Positions 46,046 to 60,326 are shown, counted from the first letter of the whole stretch. The stretch is DNA of 62,873 bases, filler included, from Octopus bimaculoides (GCF_001194135.2; 3 parts of 3 records of this genome joined end to end with filler, not necessarily neighbours in it); one strand, 5' to 3'. The notes: generated by a model from the letters alone, not told the origin. Program-made: numbers and translations.

Positions 46046-47403
46046 ATTTCATTGCGAGTTAGTTTCCTTGTAGGAACGAACTTATTGTAGCCACATCTAT
46101 CTTCATGTTTCGTGTTGTGCTATTTGGTAACACCCGTGATAAGAAATAGCTTGTATGCACATTGTCCCTCACACGTACACACATGTATATAGGCATACAC
46201 GTATGCATACATAATCATACACAAATACACATAACACACTCCCACACGTATACCAGTGAGTGTTTGTTTCTTGCCGATGTGTATCCGTGAAAGAAATAAA
46301 CGCTTTATGACTTGAAGTGGAATCAGAAATACACTACACAGGAGGGGTTAAAAATAGCTGAGACGAAAATGCATAAATCTATTTATAATTACAAAAATGA
46401 ACTGAAAACAAAATTTAGAAAATATCGCGCGAAAACTGCAGCCAGATAAGCAACTATTTCATAAATATTTGGTTGGCTGAGGAAGCCAGAAATAAAACGT
46501 ACGCAAATTAAGATCTCAACATTGTCTGCGAAGAACAAGACATTGCTAAGATTGAAGGATTTAGGATTTCGTTAAAGAACAATGAATATTGGTAAGGATC
46601 TGTCAAAACGTAGACTAAAGCAGGCTACGAGCGTTAACTACATCATATTTAGATTTTTGTGGAGAAACAAGCAATCGTTTGGTTTTTCTAGCAGGTGATT
46701 CTTAATCTGAAATGGAGTTTCCAAGCTTTAGAATTTAAGAGGGATTTATGAAATACCCAAAGAAAAGTTATTACAATCATACAACACAAATAAATAGCTG
46801 AAATAACGTGAACAGTGTGTAGGATGTGTCGATTTATAGATCCGTGGGATTAAGATCATCATCCGTGTATTGTTCAGAGGGTAAATATCGTGGAGGAATC
46901 AAATTCTAGAGAGCTATATTTCTTTAAAAACTCGAAAGAACTTCTCAGAATTAACGATAATCAGAATATGCAGATAGAACCGAAAAAACTCCAGTAGATA
47001 CTAAGTAACTAGAAAATAGAAAAAAATAATAAATACACACAAATACGTAACTAAAACACTGGGCCTGACAAGCAAAACGTACAAAATATATCACTTCACA
47101 TTACACCAATAGAACATCGAACACCCTCAATACAGGGTAAAAAAAAAAACGAAAGAAATATAAAGATCTAGCGTTTCCAAAACACTCATCTGTCTGCAGT
47201 GTAGTGAACCACGCAATAAACACCAAACTATTGAAATGATAACAATAATATAACATGGAATAGTAAAAATGTATAAACGTGAAAATGAAACATAAATTCT
47301 TGTTACTCGGACAGGTGTTCCATAATGTCAAAGAGTGAGAATAATACGAGCGCTGGATTTTATAGCATTCGGACATTTGAAAAGGCGTAACTAACATTCC
47401 GTG

Positions 47404-47475
<72 letters not shown>

Positions 47476-48371
47476 CGTTTGTATGAGAAGTATAAATGAA
47501 TATGTGACAGAAGTGAAACCATTCTAAGCAGAAAAGAGTAATGTAATTTAAATAGAAAATTCCCAATACCACAGATAAATTTAAGTTAGCATCTTTACAA
47601 ACGTCGAGTGTGTAGCGCTTGGGATTAGAATATGTGAAAAAGATTACACACACTGCGGCTTAAGAATAATATTACTGGAGTATTGCGCGCCACCTGGCTG
47701 AGAAAAGGTTTGTTATTGATGTTGTGTACCGTCAGACAGTAAAGAAAGCTTGCGACCATTCTGGAATATGATTGCACAAAAGGTAGGAGATAAAATTTAT
47801 AAATCGATTCTACATGAATTTTTCAGCAGTTGTATTTGTAAATTAAATCAATAGTAAAATGATCAAAGGCAAGAAAACCTTTATAACTACAACGGAATTT
47901 CTTTCCAAAGGTCAATATTTCTCTGGAATGAATTGTCCCCATATGAATATAGAAGTCAAAAAAATAATAATGAATAAATAAAACACATTTCTGATAGATT
48001 CTTGAAGAAAAGCGGCTGATAAAGTAACATTATTACTTATAGATATTTGACCACCAAAACTAGCCGTTTATAACGAATAACAATAATTCCTTTAACACAG
48101 AAGATAAATGTGATGGACACGAGGGCATTCCTTACTATGCAGAGGTTTTTTGTGAACAAAACAATATGATGACTAGTACAGGCAGTCTAGCCGGCCGCTA
48201 AATACATGAAAGCTAACGATATAGACGCCTACTGAAGAAGAAATATTTTACAAAAATGTCTAACTTACTCTACTATATACACACTATTGCTATTATGTCT
48301 GCTAGCAGCTGAATTTCTACACATAGATATGATGTAAATTCACATACACACACGCACGCACACACACACAC

Positions 48372-48406
<35 letters not shown>

Positions 48407-51400
48407 TGCAGACACAGACACTCATATATATAAACTCACATATATGCATATGCTTGTGATGTGCGCACGTACACAGACAGACACACACCTCGTACATATA
48501 TANNNNNNNNNNNNNNNNNNNNNNNNNNNNNNNNNNNNATATATATATTCATTGGTACATATTTCGGAAAGAAACGTAATAAAATATTGTTATGCTCTGT
48601 CAATAAAAGGAATATGTTTGAAGTTTTAGACATATCATTATGTACATGGAGCATTATTAGAATGGAGGGTAGTATTTATTACAATTTCAAACTGAGAAAC
48701 CTACCCCGTACAACTTCGATTCTTTTTCCAGTGGAGAAGCTATAAATTTCTTCACATTCGGAGTGAAATATTGGAATGTTTGAAATTATTATTTCGCCTT
48801 CAACAGCTGTTTCTTGCAAACTTCAGAGTTAGACAGAATCAATATAATTCTTCTTCTTAGTATCTGACAAGTATAAACAATATAATTCCTTTGTTTCTCA
48901 ATCCGATACGATTTTTTTTGTTCACTGTTTTACAACCTGAAACTCAACCGTGTATTTTCAATTCGCTGCAGCAATGCAATAAATTTTCTTACAATATACC
49001 TTCTATTCTTTTTACTATTCTTGTAATTCTAGTGTCACTTCCTGTATTCTTGGTGAAACATAATAAAAACTGACTTTGACGGTATCCATATGGAAAGAAA
49101 TTCTGTGATATATGATTTTAAGGAAATTGTTTCTAATCAGCGCTTCATGGAAAGCTCTACAGCAAAACATGATTCTGTCGAAAAAGCTTATCTCCAACTC
49201 TAATTAATTTATCATTTTCTGAATATAGATAGATAAAAAAATATTTGTATTTAAAACAAAATGCATTACTGAAGAAAAAATATTAAGTACTTATATATTC
49301 GAATCAGATACCCTATTGCAATTCGTGAATTGAACGCCTGATTATTACTGCAAATGTAATAAAAACCCTTAGCCTGAATATTTGCATTCAATTTTAAGTT
49401 TAAAGAATAAATTTATCTCTTGAAGGTGACATAATAGGACAACATATATCATATATATTTTCTGAGTTCTGGTTATGCAATTTAATAATTCTTTCAGGCA
49501 GCATTTTGCCGTTTTGGAACTTTATTTTAAAAATCGAAACATTTACACAATTGTTTTCACCAAATTTATTTTCTCCTTGTGTAACATACCACCATTATTG
49601 TAAGTGTGTGTGTATGTGTGTGTGAGCCATACGAAGACAGTTTGGATAGGTTTCTGTAGATTTCGTTGACGAAATTACTATGACAAGTTACTGCACAATA
49701 CGTGTCTCCTTGTGAAGTATGGAAAAGTTTCATATTATTTGCATAATCTTTTATAAACAAAATATATTTCTTCATTACTCAATTTATTTTTCTTCAATGA
49801 TGAAAATATCTTACCGCGAATTAAATGCCGTAATTTGTAGCATTGGCAAACATTAAAAATTATCTTCAAAAATTATTTGCATCGTGTACAGCGAGATGCG
49901 GAACGCTTATTTGCATATGTATTTTTGCATATCTATTCTTAACATGTCTAGTTGATGTATAAAGTGATAAGAGAATAACTTCTACCTTTTACGACGACAA
50001 AGTGTTGCCCATATTGTCTGAAGAGATAGAAGTTATTCTCCATTGACCTATACTGCAGCAATTGACATATTTTGCGACTGGAAATATTTTTAGCTTTTAG
50101 TTATATTTCTGAGATCAAATCTCAGCGCTGGTCAAATTCACATAATGTTTCCTTTTTGTCTCTTTGTTTTTTACGACGTTGAACGCTTGTCCTTTTAATG
50201 TTGTTAGGCTTCAAATATTTATGATACATTTCGAGATTCAGCAGCATCCAAACCTGTGGCATGATCGAGGCATCTGGCGGAAAACAAAACAATACTACAC
50301 TAAAAAGATGCATTCTATTCACCAAGTTGAAATCCGTCAAGGAATCTTTTCAGATTTCATCTCATCTCTTCTTACCTATCTTACAGTCATACAACTGCAT
50401 ATGCTCTCTCACTCGTTGAACTTAATTGTTTTCTAAAATATATTTTCTTGCGGTAATGATGGTTATAGTTTTGATAATGGTGATTGCTTTTCTTTGTCAG
50501 CCCATAGCTATTGCAGTCGTGACTTTACTATCTTATTTTATAGTGTATCTAGGAATTCAGACTTATTTTTCTATTTAATCCATTTGTTTGTTGTTGACAT
50601 TTTATATTTCCTTTGTTTAATTCTGATCATTTCTCTAACTCTTTTCTTTTATAGACAGAAATTTGCTACAATATTTCATTCTTTACTCAAATGATTTATT
50701 GTATCCGGTTAAAGTCATCCGCTAATTTAGTCATGTTACACGGTGCTGATCACATCTAAGCTCTTTTTCCATTTCATATAGTAATTTATACTTCATGTTT
50801 GATTATTATTTCTTCCAGACTTGGCTAATTTTATATATTTTGCCTTCTTGAATGGCTTTATTAATTCTTAAGCTTTTATTTGTAATAATTTCAATGCTAG
50901 AGTTCTCAGTAATCATTAAAGCTATTGTGTAAAATATATGATATTTTATACTTATATATGAATTAGCTTTTGCTTTCATTTATTTTTGTGTGTCTCAATT
51001 ATCAATAATTTAACGGTTACTTTTTTCATTAACATTTTAATGTTACCTGCAATGATATTTTATTAGTCTGCTGCTTAAGCTAAATTAATTACAAATATCC
51101 TTTCTTTAACTCTTTAAAGAAACATATAACGAGATAATTTCTATAGGACTTACAATTGTTTCTATAATTGCTACGACATTTTATTGCCTTTAATACGCCT
51201 TGGAAGAACTTTCATTGTTTGATTCCTAATTTTTTTTTTCTCGGCTTTCAAAACTCTGCTAAACTAGATCATGTTAATGATGTTATTACTGTAAAATATT
51301 TTTGCATTATACTTCCTATTTGCATATAACATTTTCCGAATTTCTCCTCTTTCAAATATGTTTCGTCATTATATTTTATTAAACTTAGATCAGTCTATTC

Positions 51401-51633
51401 CATGTATGGTTAGTTAATTGTATGTTGCATTCTAGGATTAAATATTGTCGCATTGATGCACACTTTAATAACATATATTATTACTCCAGGTAAGAGACAG
51501 TCAAAGTCGTAGCTGCTTTTACTTCTAACACTTCCGAGCAACAATATTATTTACGACATAAATTCTTAAAATCGTTTTTACATTTTGCAAGCAGCCTATT
51601 TCTAAATTATTTAAATAATTAGGGAATAAACAT

Positions 51634-51692
<59 letters not shown>

Positions 51693-52085
51693 GTTTGTTT
51701 AGAGAAGGGGAGAAAATGTTCAATGATATTAGATTATTTCCCTTTGCTTTCTGAATTTGCTGATGAAGTGGAATTTCAATAACTGCTTCCAGGATCGCTG
51801 AAGTAATTATCAGAAAAATAATGGAATGTTTGAGTTATAAGAAATGATTGCTACTTTCTTTTATAATTCACCATGTGATTTTTATGAAACTGTACGCAGT
51901 GCAAGGAGATTCCCTTTATTATCAACATGAAGTACATAGTTATTATTTACATTATTTACGTTTGGTCAGTCTCTGTTGGTCCACATGCTGCGTAGTGTTA
52001 ATGAATGGAGGATGAGAGATTGATGTGGTTTGGCCGCTGGTCAGTTTTGTGTTATTTAACCATTGGCCTTCCTTCTTTGTTCATC

Positions 52086-52144
<59 letters not shown>

Positions 52145-52145
<1 letters not shown>

Positions 52146-52368
52146 GTCTTTTACTTGTTTCAGTTACTTGAAAGCGGCCATGCTGTAGCACCGCAGTACT
52201 TATTCTATCGATCTCTTTTGCCGAACCTCAAGATTACGGGAATCAGCATGCGATGATGGGGAAAAACACAGCCACACAAACACACACACACACACNNNNN
52301 NNNNNNNNNNNNNNNNNNNNNNNNNNNNNNNNNNNNNNNNNNNNNNNNNNNNNNNNNNNNNNNNNNNN

Positions 52369-52409
<41 letters not shown>

Positions 52410-52569
52410 CGGCGGGCTTCTGTTAGTTCCCCTCTACCAAATCCACTCACAAGGCTTTGGTCGGCCCGAGGCTATAGTAGAAGACACATGCCCAAAGTGA
52501 CATGCAGTGAGACTGAACCCAGAACCATGTGGTTGGTAAGTAAGCTACTTACCACACAGCCACGCCTAT
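52145..52569 (-). mobile_element. SINE D, full length with an internal gap in its microsatellite
   Basis: CTACCAAATCCACTCACAAGGCTTTGGTCGGCCCGAGGCTATAGTAGAAGACAC...ACCACACAGCCACGCC. Confidence 0.9.
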
Positions 52570-52781
52570 CCATAGTCAGTCGTTATTAGTTCAGCTGGTG
52601 TGCGATGTGGATGTTGTGTGAAAGAGAGGTTATTGTGATTTAGTCCGTTTATGCTTGCTGTCACGTAGTACCCACGTCATGGTTCTTTCCTAATGCCACT
52701 GATTGGCTAGAAAGAAAATGTGACCAACCAAGTGAAATTGTTAACGTACAGTTCCTCGATAGGTGATTATTCATTCCTTAA

Positions 52782-53168
52782 AGGCGGGAGTGGGGAGCTG
52801 GTACAAACGTTAGCACGCCGGGCGAAATGCTTAGCGGTATTTCGTCTGCTGTGACGTTCTGAGTTAAAATTCCGCCGAGGTCGACTTTGCCTTTCATCCT
52901 TTCGGGGTCGATAAATTAAGTACCAGTTACGCACTGGGGTCGATGTAATCGACTTAATCCCTTTGTCTGTCCTTGTTTGTCCCCTCTATGTTTAGCCCCT
53001 TGTGGGCAATAAAGAAATAGGTATTTCTTCTGTCTTTACCTTCTGAGTTCAAATTCCGCCGGTGTCGACTTTGCCTTTCATACTTTCGGGGTCAGCAAAT
53101 TCAGTACCAGTTGCGTACTGGGGTCAACCTAATCGACTGCCCCCACTCCTCATAAGTTTCGGGTCTTC
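52782..53168 (+). mobile_element. Tandem SINE A pair; the first copy (to 53019) has an alternative 3-prime tail
   Basis: Near-consensus head and core; the tail TCCCTTTGTCTGTCCTTGTTTGTCCCCTCTATGTTTAGCCCCTTGTGGGCAATAAAGAAATA differs from other copies. Confidence 0.9.
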
Positions 53169-53875
53169 TTTATTCTTTGTTAGCATTTGATTTTGATTGA
53201 CAGTGCTCAATTACGAAACGATATTAAAGAGCTTATCAGTAGATTAAAGAAATCTCAGTAATCTATTATGTAGTCTGTATTATCGATGAATATATATATG
53301 AAAGCGGCGACATATGCAGGAGTTGAACTCGTAACGTATTGCTTCAAACTGAACTTACTTCAGCATGATTTAGATGTTGATGCAAATAGATGTCTATGTA
53401 TTCATGTGTCTGCTGTTCGTACATATTGATCTACACTCACGCACATACATAAACACATACACACACACATACATACATGGATACCTACATACATACATAC
53501 ATGCAGGCATACATACATACATACATACATACATACATACATAATATTTGCGTGTCTATATCAGTGTATTTTCATTTACGAATATATGAATATGTGAACA
53601 GCATTCATCCCCTCGGCGTTTGAATAAATACACACACACACACACATACACACACACACACACACACAGAGTGCACATGCACAGAATCACGCACACGCAC
53701 ACAAAACACCTTCACATCCACAAAACGCACAGCCTCCACAACCAAGAAACACATACATACACACACACATCAATATGGACGTGACTACATCAACTTTTAC
53801 CTCCTATATCACTTTTACTCTCTGTCTTGTTCGGTCCCTCTCTCTCTTTCTGTCTCTCACTCAGTTTCTCTTTCC

Positions 53876-53924
<49 letters not shown>

Positions 53925-54178
53925 GTTCTTTATATATCCTATGTTTCTTTTTCTGTCTATTTGCAATACACTGACAACTAATTCCCTTATTTGCATATTC
54001 CCCTTATACAAATATCAACTTAGACTTTTGAATCTCTAATATTTGCTAAAATTTCGCGGTGTGATGCCAATTAAATAATTTATTCAGCTCCAACCCGACC
54101 AAATAAAGAATTATTGTAATGAGGTAGAAAGTTTCGCAAGAAAATCGTCAAAACAACATCGTGCTTCTCTACCTCCAT

Positions 54179-54311
54179 TTCTTCTTCTTCTTCTTCTTCT
54201 TCTTCTTCTTCTTCTTCTTCTTCTTCTTCTTCTTCTTCTTCTTCTTCTTCTTCTTCTTCTTCTTCTTCTTCTTCTTCTTCTTCTTCTTCTTCTTCTTCTT
54301 CTTCTTCTTCA
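54179..54311. repeat. Pure (TTC)n / (GAA)n tract, about 44 units, followed by (TCC)n
   Basis: Direct reading. Confidence 0.98.
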
Positions 54312-54929
54312 ACTTCTTTTTTTCCTCCTCCTCCTCCTCCTCACCGTCGTGATTATTATTTTCAACCTCACCAACAACCACAACAATTATCATACGTTCA
54401 TACAAATGATTTCATCCACTTACCACCCTACAACTAGAAATATAAGCTGACGTTTGTATAACTATTTTTGTTGTAACTTCCAGAAATTTCATTGTTGCAA
54501 ATATCTGTACACTTCAACTAAAGTCAACAGTTTTCAGAAACGTATCACGAGGAACTGTTTCAAACTTATTAATATTGCTAATATTCCTATAGACAAATAC
54601 ATTTACTAATTTCGTTGGCACTGCATTAATTTTAGTGGCATCGTTGTCATCTACATGTGCGATGATAAAAATAGCTTGTAATTCTAGACATATAGCTAGA
54701 AAGGCTTGTTTGTCATTAACTTCTGTCATACGGTTCACTAGCAAATTTTAAGCATTTTGCCAGAAGTCGACAAACATTGCAGTTTGTAGACACTGATGGA
54801 ACAGATATTGCAATATCAAGGTTGGAATTTAAACTATAAATAGATGATTATTTACTCGTGATTTATCAGTCCGTATAGAATAAAACCCCTGCCTACATCA
54901 CAATACTGAAAAATATTTACAGCGGTGCA

Positions 54930-55865
54930 ACACCAACCCCAGGCTCCTCAAAGACAGTGATAAGATGAAGATGTAGAGAGGAGCAATGCACGGCGACATC
55001 TTATCGTAGTTGTTTCCATGTTGACTGCAAGACGCTGTCATCAACAAAAAGCATCAACATTGATGGAGAGTAACTATGCTACCTGTACTTCGCAGATGTT
55101 ATCATTTTGCAGCACATATTGTTAATTAACGCGAGGAAGTGCTCACCTATATCTACACTAGAAGCCTCAACAGAGACCTTTCAAAGACCAAAGTTATGTT
55201 CAACAGGCACGCTACGCCAGCTCTCGCCACATTTAACGGCAAGACCATAGAGGAGGTAGACAGCTACATCTACTTGGGAAAGACAATGATGAAAGACGAA
55301 AATCTCTTCTCAGAAATGGAGAAAAAGATAGCACTTCGTTGAACGGCCCTTGGGAAAGTGGAAAACTTCACGAGAACTTCCAGGGCTTCCAAGAAAATTT
55401 TTAAAAAGTTACGTTTATCAATTCGTTTTGCCAACAAATATATCATACCAGTGATAATTTACGGCAGTAGAGCTTGGGGTTTCAATACCTCATCATGAAC
55501 GTCCTCATTGTAATCAACAGAAAACTGAACAAATCATAATCGGCATCACTGCGGGACGAAAAGATCAACGCCTGCATTCGACAGCACACGAGAGTCAGCA
55601 ACATCATAAGAACCACCAAGGAGAAAAAATATAGATGGTCTGGCAGCGTCAGGTGACTGAAGGACAACAGATAGAAAACCAGGGTGACGGAATGAATATG
55701 GACAATATCAAGACATTGGACAATATCAAGAGGCAGATCAAAGACGAAATAGCGAGGTGATATCATCCTCTACCAGGGACGTACATGGCAACAACTGACA
55801 ACAGACATACAGACATACAGTGGTAGAAAGATTCCAAAGAGGGGGTTCCTCCTTCAGGGATGATG
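54930..55865 (+). mobile_element. RTE-clade LINE, decayed 3-prime half of RT
   Basis: YLYFADVII, KTKVMFN, IEEVDSYIYLGK, IIPVIIYGSRAW and KEKKYRWSG match RTE motifs (LRFADDIV, KTKxM, VxxYxYLG, VLPxxxYGxExW, KWxWAGH). Confidence 0.85.
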
Positions 55866-55913
55866 ACGCCCTGGTTAGGTTTCAATAAGACAGATGATTG
55901 TGGAGGACAGGAT

Positions 55914-55914
<1 letters not shown>

Positions 55915-56009
<95 letters not shown>
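55915..56009. repeat. (GA)n microsatellite
   Basis: Direct reading. Confidence 0.95.
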
Positions 56010-56012
<3 letters not shown>

Positions 56013-57744
56013 TGAAAGCCTGTAGGTAGTAAAATGTGATAACTGAGTGGACTAGAGATTTGAATTGTGTAAGTAAAATGCGTAAAAGAGAAGCAGAGTA
56101 CGGAGGAATTGAAAACTTAGTGCAATTAAAAGTCAATAGGCTCGAAAGAAAATTGGAAACTTTTTATCATATTCATTAATTGCAAGAACAAAAAAAAATG
56201 GGTAAATGTAACCAAGATAAGATCTAAGAAAGCACAGTGTGAGAAATGTTGACATGAAATAGTCATTTACAGCCACCACTGTAATCGAATGGTACATATT
56301 TTATCGATCCAAGAATGATGGATGGCAAATCAATGCTGGAAGTATCTGAACTTCAGACAAGCAAATATTATCGGTAGATTCCAGGCAGATACTTTGACAA
56401 ACTATAAACTCTATTGACGAACTTTTCACAATATTCAGTATGAAATTTTACAAACATTTTATGGACACACTTAAAATTCTAAACCTAAAATTCTATTGAA
56501 CATTATTTAGAAAGAAATGAAATCAATACCGAACCAAATGCATCACAACGCACATACAATGTAAACGCCCAAACATATACACACATATAAACACACGCTC
56601 GTACACAGACATACAACTACATACCGTTACGTATATAAACTCATGGACAGAAATTCAGACATTTTCATTGTAAACTTGTTATGCAACAATTGCTGTTGGC
56701 CTTTTGCGGAATCATCAGTAGAATGTGAAGAGCATGAGTCTTCCAAACTTTCGAAACTAAGAACTGAGTTCACATAAGACATCTTACTACGATATCAAAT
56801 TGCCTCTAGAAATTGCCTCCAGTAATTGCCTCTAGCAATTACAAGCCCTATTGGATCTAAAATCATGTACAGGCATTGTTTCTGAAGAACCCCAAGCTAT
56901 TTTGGTGGTGATAGACTTGCTATGACGTTAAAGGAAATTTTACAGGCATATATATATGTATATATGTGTATGTGTGCATGTGTGTATGTGTGTGTGTGCA
57001 TGTGTGTATGGTGTATATGCACATGTTTGTGCGTCGGGGTACATATATAATGAAAAAAGTTATAAAGTCTATAAACGTATATCTTTCGCAATATCAACAT
57101 TACCTGACATGGAACTCACTACGGCAGATAAAGTAGATCCCACGTACTGACATATTCACACACACACACACACATACACATGCACGCACATGCACACACA
57201 AGCACGCACGCACGCACCACACAAACATATTTCTCATATCGGCAGCCAGGAGCAGCCCAGAGATTATTTTTGTATTGTAGTTAAACCTCCCTTCTGTACC
57301 GACATAGCTCCAACAGCAGAAGCTAGATGCAGGGAAACCACAAACCAGCCCAAGCCAACTTCTCCAGAGAAGTCGTACACAGATGATTTCAAAACACAGA
57401 TCTTGTGTTATGTAGTTCTTTGTCAATTTGTTTCGCACTGACTGATTTCTGTTTACCTCCAGCCTGCACACGAGACTAGGACCTCCTTGTATACTCATGT
57501 ATTAATCTAGAATCTTCTTGAACAGTCGAGCGACTTCGTAAATTTTTGGAATTTATTCGTAACAAATCAGCTACGTGGCTGCCAGATAAACCGCAATGTT
57601 AACTCAAACAGCTTATGCTCTCCTTCACAACAATATATTCATCTATCCTACCTATACATACACACATGTACACCCATATACATACACATACACACACAAA
57701 TACAAACACACACACACACACACAAATACAAACACACACACACA

Positions 57745-57915
57745 CAGAAGAGTGGCTGTGTGATGAGGAGCTTGCTTCTCAAGCACATGGTTCCGGGTTC
57801 AGTCCTACTGCGTGGAACCTTGGGCAATTGTATTTTACGATAGCCTAAGGTCGACCAAAGCCTTGTGGATTTGATAGTAGGAAATTGAAAGAAGCCCGTC
57901 TCGTATATATATATA
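57745..57915 (+). mobile_element. SINE D, 5-prime half running into a gap
   Basis: GAGTGGCTGTGTG...ACATGGTTCCGGGTTCAGTCC...CCAAAGCCTTGTG...GAAAGAAGCCCGTC. Confidence 0.85.
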
Positions 57916-59199
57916 NNNNNNNNNNNNNNNNNNNNNNNNNNNNNNNNNNNNNNNNNNNNNNNNNNNNNNNNNNNNNNNNNNNNNNNNNNNNNNNNNNNNN
58001 NNNNNNNNNNNNNNNNNNNNNNNNNNNNNNNNNNNNNNNNNNNNNNNNNNNNNNNNNNNNNNNNNNNNNNNNNNNNNNNNNNNNNNNNNNNNNNNNNNNN
58101 NNNNNNNNNNNNNNNNNNNNNNNNNNNNNNNNNNNNNNNNNNNNNNNNNNNNNNNNNNNNNNNNNNNNNNNNNNNNNNNNNNNNNNNNNNNNNNNNNNNN
58201 NNNNNNNNNNNNNNNNNNNNNNNNNNNNNNNNNNNNNNNNNNNNNNNNNNNNNNNNNNNNNNNNNNNNNNNNNNNNNNNNNNNNNNNNNNNNNNNNNNNN
58301 NNNNNNNNNNNNNNNNNNNNNNNNNNNNNNNNNNNNNNNNNNNNNNNNNNNNNNNNNNNNNNNNNNNNNNNNNNNNNNNNNNNNNNNNNNNNNNNNNNNN
58401 NNNNNNNNNNNNNNNNNNNNNNNNNNNNNNNNNNNNNNNNNNNNNNNNNNNNNNNNNNNNNNNNNNNNNNNNNNNNNNNNNNNNNNNNNNNNNNNNNNNN
58501 NNNNNNNNNNNNNNNNNNNNNNNNNNNNNNNNNNNNNNNNNNNNNNNNNNNNNNNNNNNNNNNNNNNNNNNNNNNNNNNNNNNNNNNNNNNNNNNNNNNN
58601 NNNNNNNNNNNNNNNNNNNNNNNNNNNNNNNNNNNNNNNNNNNNNNNNNNNNNNNNNNNNNNNNNNNNNNNNNNNNNNNNNNNNNNNNNNNNNNNNNNNN
58701 NNNNNNNNNNNNNNNNNNNNNNNNNNNNNNNNNNNNNNNNNTATATATATATATATGAATATAAAAACGGAACAAAAACGCAATAGAGTACAATAAAACA
58801 TTCGGACAGATAGACGATACAAGGCGGACAAGAGAAACAATTAGGACAGGTAAAAGAAGACGTTTATTCGTGGCCTTCTTTCCTCAGTCAAGTCCCAGAA
58901 GTCACAACCGTTTCGGGCAGTTACACTTGTGACGGTTCTACCTGGTTATCTCCTAAAAAGTCTAAGCTAAGAGCATTACACCCCTTTGTAAGAAAGCTAG
59001 CGAATGTGCACGGCAACAAAGACATGGTACACAAAAAGATGAAAACTGGAGAACATGGAACACAATTATGAATACAAACAACAAGAAAATAACAGCAGGT
59101 GTCTTTCGACTGAGAATGAATCAAATTGAGCTGACGTATATGAAGTGAAGGCCTAAAAGCAGGAACATTATATGTTTTGGATTTTTATCGACTACACAA

Positions 59200-60020
59200 T
59201 ATAGTAGAGTCAGTTGGGCACAGTCTGTGAGAAAAACACGACTATGACGCAGTACACTCTGCTAGAAATATAGAAACGACATGCTGTACTGTTTGGCATT
59301 CGCACCGGAAGCTCTAATATGAATATTTCAGTTTATTTGGGTGTCAATCTGAGGACAGTGCAGAGGATTCGGAAAGGGTTGGATGAGTCTCATGGTGACT
59401 ACGAAGGTACGGCAACTCGGAAAACTCGTTCTGATAAGAAAAGAACTGAATTTGTTGGTGAGATCCAGGCCGTGATTGATAATGATCCCTTCAAGTCAAT
59501 CAGGTCCACCACCAAGCACATGGGAATGTCTGAGTTTCTTATCAAGCAGGTAGTGCATGAAGACATTTGGAATTCCTCGTACAAGAAGTGAAAGGACCAA
59601 TTTGTATCCCAAGCCATCAAGGACAAGAAGAAAGACTGCATTACGAAGCTTTGGAACACACTCAAGCTCCCCCTCCAACCGAAAATGCTTTAGTTTTTCC
59701 CAGACGAGAAAAATTTCTGCCTGGAATAAATGGTGAACAGACAGAACAACCGTTTGCTTACCGTGGGCCCCCAAAACATGTACCGAGAGAGATGAAAATC
59801 AAACATCCAATCAACATCATGGTGTTTGGAGTGATCACTAGCGATGGAGACGTTATGCCTCCATTCATCTTCCCATACAGCCTCAGACTCAACACGGAAG
59901 CCTACATCAAGTTTCTGGAGGAAGTAGCATTACCCTAGATCAAGAGGGTGGCTGCTGGAAGAGCCTATGACTGGCAACAGGATTCTGCACCATGCTACAC
60001 AAGCGTTAGAACACAGTCAT
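59200..60020 (+). mobile_element. maT/DD37D-like Tc1-mariner transposase pseudogene, 3-prime truncated
   Basis: VNLRTVQRIR...SIRS...FPDEKNF (first D)...VNRQNNR...IMVFGVITSDGDVMPPFIF..LRLNTEAYIKFLEEV...WQQDSAPC (second D); stops and frameshifts. Confidence 0.85.
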
Positions 60021-60217
60021 GAGCCACCAAGGTGGATTCCTAATATGCTAGAAGAAGACGCCCAATCACCTTACCACGAAGAATGATTTTAGCAAACGCC
60101 AGAATGTATGCGACCAAGACAAATGAATTCATAGTCTTCGGACATTTTTTAAAGTATGCTAACCACTGGTCTAAATTAATATCAATTAATAATATTAATT
60201 TCTACCCTCATTATTTA

Positions 60218-60326
<109 letters not shown>

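Noticed and set aside
54161-54405. Poly-F / poly-K ORFs and the many HT/CV/YI/ER/LS-repeat ORFs
   Set aside because: These are translations of microsatellites.
57256-57441. Plus-strand acceptor and ORF (KPPFCTDIAPTAEARC...)
   Set aside because: No convincing donor, no recognisable homology, and no other plus-strand exons to link to.
58860-58930. Minus-strand GTCACAA...CCGAAACGGTTGTGAC and a nearby CTGAGGA
   Set aside because: The hammerhead parts are present but not in a workable order in this copy. It may be a decayed pLTR-type repeat and cannot be supported.
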